From Bacteroidota bacterium (lineage in GTDB: Bacteria > Bacteroidota > Ignavibacteria > UBA10030 > UBA8401), in assembly GCA_028873075.1 (NCBI GenBank), contig JAGWND010000001.1, positions 1 to 54,414 of the forward strand: a stretch of 54,414 nt of DNA. The letters are read 5' to 3'. Made by a program: the position numbers and the translations under genes. This document shows, in pieces, positions 28,400 to 36,369 of this stretch. The first letter of the stretch is position 1; every line of letters begins with the position of its first letter. The notes beneath the pieces were generated by a model that did no database searches, was not told the origin of the DNA, and worked only from the letters and a program-made list of their open reading frames with translations.

Positions 28400-28407
28400 A
28401 ACTTTTT

Positions 28408-28983
28408 TTACGCAAATTCTTTCAATGCTTCTCTCAATCGCCGAACAGCGGTGAACAATTGCTTTTTCACTGTACCCTCGCTGCACTTCAACATCAAGGC
28501 GATCTCATTCAATTTATATCCTTGGTAATGTTTCAATGTGAAAATTATTTTTTGCTGCGGTGAAAGTGCGTCCATCGCTTCCTCGACACGTGCAGACAAT
28601 TCTGCATTTACCGTTTGCTGGTGCGGGGAATGTTCTTCCGAAACGATCTCCACTCCATGAGATGCTTCTCCGTCGCTCACCTCCTGTTCCTGATCGAGCG
28701 AAACATGAGCGCGCCGTTTTCGCCGCGAATGATAACTGAGACAGACATTCGTTGCAATCCTGAAAATCCATGTTGAAAACTCGCTCCGCAGTTGAAACTT
28801 CTTCAACCCTTTATACACGCGCAGGAACACTTCCTGATAAATATCTTTTGCGTCGTCCGAACTGTTGACATATCGCGCAGCGATCGTGAGCACCTGTTTA
28901 TCGTACTGATACACGAGCGCTTCAAAGGCGCCGGTGTCGCCGCTTCGTGCTTTTTCTATCAGTTCGATTTCGTGTGGCGCCAT
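28408..28983 (-). CDS. ECF-type RNA polymerase sigma factor
   Basis: 191 aa with region 2 (DIYQEVFLRVYKGL..FSTWIFRIATNVCLSYHSRR) and region 4 (YKLNEIALMLKCSEGTVKKQLFTAVRRLR). Confidence 0.9.
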   Translation of the reverse strand: MAPHEIELIEKARSGDTGAFEALVYQYDKQVLTIAARYVNSSDDAKDIYQEVFLRVYKGLKKFQLRSEFSTWIFRIATNVCLSYHSRRKRRAHVSLDQEQEVSDGEASHGVEIVSEEHSPHQQTVNAELSARVEEAMDALSPQQKIIFTLKHYQGYKLNEIALMLKCSEGTVKKQLFTAVRRLREALKEFA

Positions 28984-29102
28984 TGATTGACCTGTATATC
29001 TATATGACTTCGCATCGGGAAAATAGTTGGCGGCTTGTTGTGCATTGATGCGTAGGCATCAATCTTTCAGATTGAACGGATTTTTTGAGAAAATGTTGCT
29101 AT

Positions 29103-29129
29103 GTAGGTCGAAGCGGCGCTTCGACCTAC
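29103..29129. repeat. perfect 27-nt palindrome GTAGGTCGAAGCG-G-CGCTTCGACCTAC
   Basis: It has 13-bp arms and sits in the divergent region between the ECF sigma and the F420-reductase-like gene. Confidence 0.8.
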
Positions 29130-29213
29130 TTCGGCATTGAACTCATTAGCTCTTCACAGTGTTCTTTTACCATCATTCATACCATACACTCACAACTTAT
29201 TTTTGGAGGATCC

Positions 29214-29858
29214 ATGCACGTCGGTGTTTTCGGAACGGGAATGGTGGGGAAAGCCATCGGCACGAAGTTGGTACAGCTCGGTCACGAAGTAAAAATGGGA
29301 TCGCGCACGGCGAACAACGAGAAAGCGGCTGCATGGGTAAAAGCAAACGGCGCGCGAGCAACGCAGGGAACATTCGGCGATGCCGCGGCATTCGGCGAAA
29401 TGCTTTTTAACTGCACCTCGGGAATGGGTTCGCTCGATGCGCTCCACTCTGCCGGCGAAAAAAATCTGAACGGGAAGGTTCTCGTGGATATTTCCAACCC
29501 GCTCGATTTTTCCAAAGGAATGCCGCCGTCTCTTTTTGTGTGCAACACCGATTCGCTTGCCGAGCAAATTCAGCGCGCCTTTCCACACGCGAATGTTGTG
29601 AAAGCACTGAACACGATGAACTGCAACTTGATGGTAAACCCGTCGCTCGTGCCCGGCGAACACGATGTGTTCCTGTGCGGAAACGATGCCGGCGCGAAGA
29701 CAAAAGTAAAAGAAATACTGACATCGTTCGGATGGGAATCACCGATTGATTTAGGCGATCTCTCCGGCGCACGCGGCATGGAAATGATTCTGATGTCGTG
29801 GATTCGCCTGATGGGCGTTTATCAGTCGCCGAATTTCAATTACAAAATTGTGCGGTGA
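29214..29858 (+). CDS. NADPH-dependent F420 reductase-like / NAD(P)-binding oxidoreductase (F420_oxidored family)
   Basis: 214 aa from ATG 29214 with a GGAGG Shine-Dalgarno. VGVFGTGMVGKAIGTKL is a Rossmann motif. Confidence 0.8.
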   Translation: MHVGVFGTGMVGKAIGTKLVQLGHEVKMGSRTANNEKAAAWVKANGARATQGTFGDAAAFGEMLFNCTSGMGSLDALHSAGEKNLNGKVLVDISNPLDFSKGMPPSLFVCNTDSLAEQIQRAFPHANVVKALNTMNCNLMVNPSLVPGEHDVFLCGNDAGAKTKVKEILTSFGWESPIDLGDLSGARGMEMILMSWIRLMGVYQSPNFNYKIVR

Positions 29859-29863
29859 GAAAT

Positions 29864-29933
29864 GATTCAGGATTCAAGTTTCAGGGTTCAGGCCGGCTGT
29901 CGTTCACTACGCTTGAAACCTGACTCTTGAATC
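29864..29933. terminator. heptad-periodic inverted repeat E4, probably a bidirectional terminator between convergent genes
   Basis: GATTCAG GATTCAA GTTTCAG GGTTCAG G ...19 nt... CTTGAAACCTGACTCTTGAATC (18/22 pairing), then TTTTT. Confidence 0.65.
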
Positions 29934-29937
29934 TTTT

Positions 29938-30705
29938 TCAATCCAATGTTCCCGCGTACACTTCAGTGCCGTATTCAAATGTGACCACGCCGTTCTGCTG
30001 CGTTCGATCAAAGATATTTTTCAATTCCCTCATCATCGGCACAAAACGTTTGTCGTCGCTCAGCGGTACGTACGACGAGGAAAGAAGCCTTCCTTTCAAT
30101 CCTTCAAAATCAAATCGCTGGCTGTTGGAGAAAACTTTCTTAATGTGCGAAGTAAAAAATTTCGAGAGTACCGTTTCATTCACGTGGCGGTGATCAATCT
30201 GCTCGTAATCTGAGGAATAACGAAGCAGTAATTCTTCGTACGCTTTCAGAAATGGCGACGTATCGGTTCTCCGCGTGTTCCAGAGAAGCACCACCGGACC
30301 GCCCCGCTTTCCGATGCGGCGGAATTCTTTTTTTGTTTTCTCCTGATCGAACCAGTGAAACGCCTGTCCCGCCGTAACAAGATCAACGCCGTGCGGCGGC
30401 AGTGTTGTCGCTTCTGCCGTTCCATTGACGCTTTTGAAATTCGAATAGTGATGCAGCAATTTCTCGGCGGCAATTCTCATTTCGTTGTTCGGCTCAACGC
30501 CAAAAACCGTATTGCCGTTGCGAAGAAAAATTTCCGAAAGGATGCCGGTTCCCGAACCGACGTCTGCGATCATCCACGACGGTTTTAAATGAAGTTCACC
30601 CGTGAGAAACGAAAAAACTTCCGGGGGATAACCGGGGCGGTAGCGGACGTAATTTTCGACTCTGTTTGAAAAGCGTTCTGTGGATTTCATTTCTTCTTTC
30701 GTCAT
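29938..30705 (-). CDS. class I SAM-dependent methyltransferase
   Basis: 255 aa with motif I DVGSGTGILSE. Confidence 0.85.
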   Translation of the reverse strand: MTKEEMKSTERFSNRVENYVRYRPGYPPEVFSFLTGELHLKPSWMIADVGSGTGILSEIFLRNGNTVFGVEPNNEMRIAAEKLLHHYSNFKSVNGTAEATTLPPHGVDLVTAGQAFHWFDQEKTKKEFRRIGKRGGPVVLLWNTRRTDTSPFLKAYEELLLRYSSDYEQIDHRHVNETVLSKFFTSHIKKVFSNSQRFDFEGLKGRLLSSSYVPLSDDKRFVPMMRELKNIFDRTQQNGVVTFEYGTEVYAGTLD

Positions 30706-32624
30706 GTTGTTGTGTTTTGTTTCTTAAACCTGTTGAGCGACGCGGAAAAAATTCCCGCTCTCGCTTTTTGTGATTCATCAAGACGGCGGCGATGTGAAGA
30801 AAGAACATCGCTGCGGGTAATGATGCCGACAACCTTCGTCGGCTCTTTGCGGGACACGACCGGCAGCCGTCCGACAGAATGGTGCACCATATGATCCGCC
30901 GCTTCCCGCAACGAACAATCATCATAGACTGCTGCGGGCACACGTTGGATAAGATCGCGAAGCTTCATCTCTCCCAAGGGGATTTTCAATCTGGAAATCG
31001 AATCGCCGAACAAATCGCGCCGCGTTAAGACGCCGACAAGATGCCCTTCCGCATTGAGCACAGGAAATCCCTGATGATGCGAACCGCTGGCACCGGATGA
31101 AATCCATGCATTCACTTTTTCCACCGTGTCATCAGCATTCAATGTTACAACGGGCTTCGAAGCAAAATCGCGCACGAGAAGCTGATCAAGGAAATCGGCT
31201 GAATATTCTGCCGGCACACGGACGCCGCGGCGAACAATCTTTTCTGTCATAATCGTATTTTCCATGAGGAAGAACGAAGCAAGGAACGCCGCCGTGCATC
31301 CGCCGAGCAGCGGCAATAATCCGATCGGCTGCAGCGTTGTTTCAAATGCGAACACAACGGACGCGAGAAGTGCACGCGATGCGCCGGAGAACATTGCCGC
31401 CATTCCCACGAGCGCCGCAATCCGCACATCAATGCCGAACGACGGGAACAACATCGCTGCACCGGCGCCGATAACTGCGCCCAACGCACCGCCGATAGTA
31501 AACAACGGCGCCAGCGTTCCTCCTGATGTTCCGCTTCCTAACGCAACTGCCCATGAAATGAATTTGAAAATACAAAGGAAGAACAGCGCCTTCAATGCAA
31601 ATGATCCGGAAACAATATTTTCAATATTGTCATAACCGACTCCTAATGTCCGCGGTGCGAAATAGCCGATGACGCCAACAGCAACTCCGCCGAGCGCGGG
31701 CCACCACATCCAATGCACCGGAAGTTTTTCAAACATGTCTTCAATTTTGTACACACTTCGTGTAACGAACACCGAGGCAACGCCGACCACTCCTCCAAGA
31801 ATGACGTACGTTGCCAATGCGGCGCCGCCCGGCTCACTTAAATTCGGCATAGCGAAAATCGGTTTCGCTCCAACTAACGCAATACGCACGGCTGTTGCCG
31901 TCGCCGCAGCAAGCGACACAGGAATAATTGACCGCGGGCGAAATTCAAAAAGCAAAAGTTCAATGGCAAGAATCACTGCCGAGACAGGGCTGCCGAATGT
32001 CGCCGCCATACCTGCCGCGGCACCTGCGGCAAGAAGCGTTTTTCTTTCATCAGCAGTTGTTTTCAAAAGTTGTCCGACGAGCGAGCCAAGCGCGCCGCCT
32101 GTGGCAATGATCGGACCTTCCGCACCGAACGGTCCGCCGGTACCAATGGCAATAGCGGCAGAAAGCGGTTTGAGAAATGTGAGTCGCGGTTCAATGCGGC
32201 TTTCGTTTGTCAGCACTTGTTCCATGGCTTCAGGAATTCCGTGTCCGCGAATTCCTCTCGAACCGTACCGCGCCATAAATCCGACAATGATGCCGCCAAT
32301 AGATGGAACGATCAGCACCAACCAGCCCAAATGATTTTCTGACGGCGAAACAAAGCTTGTGTTAAATGTCCCGTAGAATGAAATGTTTGTAACGAGATAA
32401 ATGAGCCGCATCAAAATTTGAGCGATGAACCCGGCAGCAAATGCGACAATGACAGCAAGTGAACTGATGAAGATGACGCGGCCTGTAACTACTCCCGATT
32501 GCGTTGGAACGTGAACGGACGCAAGCGACGGGCCGAGCGATGGTGCAAGGGGAAGTCCGTCGGTAGTTGAAGAATTGGAAATTTTTTTATGATTTTTTTT
32601 ATTCCCCTCATTAACGTCTGACAT
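30702..32624 (-). CDS. ClC-family chloride channel / H+-Cl- antiporter with a C-terminal CBS pair
   Basis: 640 aa with GSGIPE-like GHGIPE, GGPFGAEGP and GTSGGTLAP selectivity motifs, and two CBS domains. Its stop overlaps the methyltransferase start. Confidence 0.9.
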   Translation of the reverse strand: MSDVNEGNKKNHKKISNSSTTDGLPLAPSLGPSLASVHVPTQSGVVTGRVIFISSLAVIVAFAAGFIAQILMRLIYLVTNISFYGTFNTSFVSPSENHLGWLVLIVPSIGGIIVGFMARYGSRGIRGHGIPEAMEQVLTNESRIEPRLTFLKPLSAAIAIGTGGPFGAEGPIIATGGALGSLVGQLLKTTADERKTLLAAGAAAGMAATFGSPVSAVILAIELLLFEFRPRSIIPVSLAAATATAVRIALVGAKPIFAMPNLSEPGGAALATYVILGGVVGVASVFVTRSVYKIEDMFEKLPVHWMWWPALGGVAVGVIGYFAPRTLGVGYDNIENIVSGSFALKALFFLCIFKFISWAVALGSGTSGGTLAPLFTIGGALGAVIGAGAAMLFPSFGIDVRIAALVGMAAMFSGASRALLASVVFAFETTLQPIGLLPLLGGCTAAFLASFFLMENTIMTEKIVRRGVRVPAEYSADFLDQLLVRDFASKPVVTLNADDTVEKVNAWISSGASGSHHQGFPVLNAEGHLVGVLTRRDLFGDSISRLKIPLGEMKLRDLIQRVPAAVYDDCSLREAADHMVHHSVGRLPVVSRKEPTKVVGIITRSDVLSSHRRRLDESQKARAGIFSASLNRFKKQNTTT

Positions 32625-32771
32625 TCCACAATAATCCTTTCACACGCGGCACACTGTGAAGCATGCATCATGCACGCCTCATGCAGATTCAATGACAGTA
32701 ATGTAGAAAAACAGCAAACTCTGACTATTCAAAATATACAATGACGGTCGGGATTTTTCAACCTCGCTGCG

Positions 32772-34865
32772 CTATTTCGTTTTCAAAAATCTTTCCTGAA
32801 ATGTCGGCTGCTCGCCTGCCATTTTCAGAAACAGATCGAGCGGAACGGTTTCAAATTCAGAGCCGAGCTTATCGAGTATCGCTTTTACGCGCGGAATGTC
32901 GCTCCATTCACGCACGTGCACGAGCAGAAAATACGGACGCTTCGGATTTAATCTCGCAAGCTCCTGTAAATCGGCAACTGCATCTGCTTCGGGACGTTCC
33001 TTGGAAAGATAATAATCGTACGAAACAAGCGGCACACCGTTGCGCGAAGTAAACGTGTACGACGGCGCATAGCCGTTCACAAATCCGATGGCATCCGGCA
33101 TTTCTTTGTAGTATGCATCAACGACATTTTTTGTCAGTTCGGTATTTCCTTCAACCGTTGCGCCTTGAGAATAATCCATTATCTCGAACACGTTCAAATC
33201 CAATTTCTTCATCAAGCTGTCAGCAGTTGAAACAACTTCCGGCAAATATTCCGGAGGAATTGCTTTCGGATACATGTAGCCAGGACCGGACAACGCTCCA
33301 AGGAAAAAATCATTCTGTGTAGCCGTGCTGTAAAAATATTCGAGCATCGTCGGAGCAAGCCAATAAAAGTTGATCGTGACTTCCCACGCGTACGGAATTG
33401 AGCCGCGTCCCGGTTTCACCCATGCACCAAGTCCAAGTCCGTCTGTTTGAATGCACGCGATATAGACTTTCTTCTTCGGAATGTATTTCTTCCCGGCAGT
33501 CAGATTGTGACGATTCTTGAATTGAAATCCGGAAAGCGGCGGAAGCTTGCTGCTGAAACTCAGATTCGGCATCGTGTGCAGCCCTTCAACACGGAGAACA
33601 TAGTGCGACGCAAGCTTCGTGTAATCGCGCTCTTTGTCTTTTGCGTACGAATGCCAGCCCATCAGCATTGCCATGCGATTCATGCCGCCGAAAATTTTAT
33701 TCGACAAAGCATATTCAAGTGTATCGCTCGGCTTCGTCGAAAGATTTGCGAAGAAGGCATGCTTCGCAATGCCGAAATCGGCGATGCCCGGCTTCATCAC
33801 ATTGCCTGCTTCCCCCCCGAGCCACACAAGAAAATTTTTATTGCACCGATTCCAATACTGATCGTACGCCCATTGAAAAATCTGCGCGTCGGTTTGCCCG
33901 GAAAATTTTCCGCGGAAATCTTCCAACATGTTCAATCCCGCTTTCTCGACCATCGGAATTTGATCCTCGCTGACGACGACCGCACGCTCAAGCCCTGCCG
34001 CGGTAAAGGCAACGATGAGCGAACTGCGCACCGATTTGTCCCACACGATGTATCCTTTCACAAACGATTTGAATTTTTCCAGCGCTGCTTCGGGCGATTT
34101 CAATTCTTCAAAATCTAAATGATGCGTATACATGAGATACTGAAGCATGAACGGCGTGAAGCGGAAATCCCAATCGTTCGGATAAACAAAGTACAACCGC
34201 GGCGCATACGTATTTGCTAATCCCTGCAGACTAATAAGGAATGCATTTTCTGAAAGCTTGCCGTTGATTTCCCAGTTGGAAATCCCTTCGGGATTCACTG
34301 CAAGGTTCATAAAATAAGGATGCGTTGAATCCGTTTTGAAAAAAACGTACCGAAGCAGCGCTCCGGTTTTTCGTGTAGAGCGAGCAATCGTCAGCGTCAA
34401 CATTCGTTCATCGGGAGAAATTTCGTACGTGTCGGTTTCGTTGACATTGTGTTTTCCTTCAGAAACGCGAAGTGTGTATTCTCTTTTCAGAAAAAGCTGT
34501 GTTCCGCTTTTTTCCCACTGCGCTGATACGCGCTGCACGCTTCCAGAATCCATTTTTACTCCCATCATCACATTCGTGGGCCAGATGCGGCTGTGCACGG
34601 GAAGCGTGTTCACCGCGTTGCCGGTGTTCAGCATCATCGTGTCTTTGAATTCCTGTCCGCCGCCCCACACGGCGATGATCGTGACGGCTTTTTCTTCCGC
34701 ACTGATGTGAAGCGTTACGGAAGAGAACAGATCAATCTGCTCGCTTTTTTCCGGAATGAGCTTCCACGTTCCGTTGAACGCGGCGATGTTTGCCGCGAAG
34801 CTTTCCACGGACGCAACTGCCAGTGCAATCACAATCACTATCAATGTTTGATTCAAGCGTACCAT
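32772..34865 (-). CDS. GxGYxYP family protein (putative glycoside hydrolase), secreted
   Basis: About 697 aa from ATG 34865, with a signal peptide. GALSGPGYMYP is the family motif. Confidence 0.75.
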   Translation of the reverse strand: MVRLNQTLIVIVIALAVASVESFAANIAAFNGTWKLIPEKSEQIDLFSSVTLHISAEEKAVTIIAVWGGGQEFKDTMMLNTGNAVNTLPVHSRIWPTNVMMGVKMDSGSVQRVSAQWEKSGTQLFLKREYTLRVSEGKHNVNETDTYEISPDERMLTLTIARSTRKTGALLRYVFFKTDSTHPYFMNLAVNPEGISNWEINGKLSENAFLISLQGLANTYAPRLYFVYPNDWDFRFTPFMLQYLMYTHHLDFEELKSPEAALEKFKSFVKGYIVWDKSVRSSLIVAFTAAGLERAVVVSEDQIPMVEKAGLNMLEDFRGKFSGQTDAQIFQWAYDQYWNRCNKNFLVWLGGEAGNVMKPGIADFGIAKHAFFANLSTKPSDTLEYALSNKIFGGMNRMAMLMGWHSYAKDKERDYTKLASHYVLRVEGLHTMPNLSFSSKLPPLSGFQFKNRHNLTAGKKYIPKKKVYIACIQTDGLGLGAWVKPGRGSIPYAWEVTINFYWLAPTMLEYFYSTATQNDFFLGALSGPGYMYPKAIPPEYLPEVVSTADSLMKKLDLNVFEIMDYSQGATVEGNTELTKNVVDAYYKEMPDAIGFVNGYAPSYTFTSRNGVPLVSYDYYLSKERPEADAVADLQELARLNPKRPYFLLVHVREWSDIPRVKAILDKLGSEFETVPLDLFLKMAGEQPTFQERFLKTK

Positions 34866-34951
34866 CGGGCTTTCCTTTCTCTTATGTTTAACGCGCTTCT
34901 TTGTCCCCTCTTTGAGGGGGGAGAATTTTTTTTTACAATTACGTTTCATTA

Positions 34952-35017
34952 GTTGAACGGTTGAACTTTACGCATAATTATAGTACAATACTCCCACCTT
35001 TCATTCAACCTCCAACC
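34952..35017. promoter_or_regulatory. palindromic arrangement of four GGTTGAA-like heptamers in a divergent promoter region
   Basis: GTTGAAC-G-GTTGAAC (34952-34966) faces TTCAACC-TCCAACC (35004-35017). Confidence 0.4.
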
Positions 35018-35033
35018 ACAATGAGGCAAGGCA

Positions 35034-36353
35034 ATGACAAAAAAATTCTGCTTGATTCTTGTGCCGATGTTGTTCATCGGCAACTGGCTTGCGGCGCAGG
35101 TTCACATCAAGTTCGTCGAATACGACCTTCCGAACGGATTGCACGTAATTCTTCACGAAGATCACTCGGCACCGATCGTGTCGCAAGTGATGATGTATCA
35201 TGTCGGCTCGAAAAACGAAAAGCCCGACCGCACCGGCTTCGCGCATTTCTTCGAGCATTTGATGTTCGAGGGCTCGCCGAACATTCCGCGCGGAGAATTT
35301 TCCAAAATGGTACAGAACGCCGGCGGAACGTTCAACGCTTCGACAAGCTTCGACCAAACACAGTATTACATTACGGTTCCGTCGAATCAATTGGACCTGA
35401 TCATGTGGATGGAATCGGAGCGGATGCTGCATTTGAAGATTGATTCCATCGGCATCGAAACGCAGCGCAGCGTGGTCAAAGAAGAGCGGCGGCAAAATTT
35501 TGAAAACCGCCCGTACGGCTCCCTCTTCGAACAGATTTTTTCCCACGCGTACAAGGTTCATCCGTACCGCTGGATACCGATCGGCTCGGTGCAGTACATT
35601 GACAAAGCGACGCACAGCGAGTTCGAGGATTTCTACAAAACCTACTACGTCCCGAACAATGCGTGTCTCGCCATCGCCGGCGATATTGACGTGGCAAAAA
35701 CGAAAGCGCTCGTGGAAAAATATTACGGCGATATTCCCCGCGGCACGCGCCCGATCTATCGTCCGACTGTTGCCGAGCCGCCGCAGAAAGCCGAAGTGCG
35801 CGATACCGTGTTCGACAACATTCAGCTTCCGGCGGTGATCGAAGCGTACCACATGCCCGCACAGGGGACAAAAGATTATTACGCCCTGAACATGCTTACG
35901 ACGCTTCTCACGGGAGGAGAAAGCTCGCGGATGAACAAGCGGCTTGTTGATAACGACAAGCTCGCGCTTCAGGTTGCAACGTTCCCCATGGATTTAGAGG
36001 ACCCGTCGCTGTTCATCACACTCGCCTTAGCCAACTTCGGCAAATCGTTGGACTCTGTCGAAACGGCGATGGACGACGAGATTGCAAAAGTACAAACGCA
36101 CCTTATCAGCGATGAAGAGCTGACGAAAATCCGCAACGAACAGGAGACAGGCTTCATCGAAAAGAACCGCACGGTGCAGGGGAAAGCGGAGATGCTGGCA
36201 AATTACTATCTCTTCTTCCACGATACGAACCTGATCAATTCGGAGATCAACAGATATCTCGCCGTGACGAAGGAAGATATTCAGCGCGTCGCGCGGCAAT
36301 ATCTGATCCCGACGAACCGCACTGTTCTCTATTACGTTCCAAAATCAAAGTAG
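35034..36353 (+). CDS. M16 (pitrilysin) family zinc peptidase, catalytic-type subunit
   Basis: 439 aa with a signal peptide and the inverted zinc motif HFFEHLMFEG (HxxEH). Confidence 0.9.
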   Translation: MTKKFCLILVPMLFIGNWLAAQVHIKFVEYDLPNGLHVILHEDHSAPIVSQVMMYHVGSKNEKPDRTGFAHFFEHLMFEGSPNIPRGEFSKMVQNAGGTFNASTSFDQTQYYITVPSNQLDLIMWMESERMLHLKIDSIGIETQRSVVKEERRQNFENRPYGSLFEQIFSHAYKVHPYRWIPIGSVQYIDKATHSEFEDFYKTYYVPNNACLAIAGDIDVAKTKALVEKYYGDIPRGTRPIYRPTVAEPPQKAEVRDTVFDNIQLPAVIEAYHMPAQGTKDYYALNMLTTLLTGGESSRMNKRLVDNDKLALQVATFPMDLEDPSLFITLALANFGKSLDSVETAMDDEIAKVQTHLISDEELTKIRNEQETGFIEKNRTVQGKAEMLANYYLFFHDTNLINSEINRYLAVTKEDIQRVARQYLIPTNRTVLYYVPKSK

Positions 36354-36369
36354 CAAAGGAGCAGCTATC

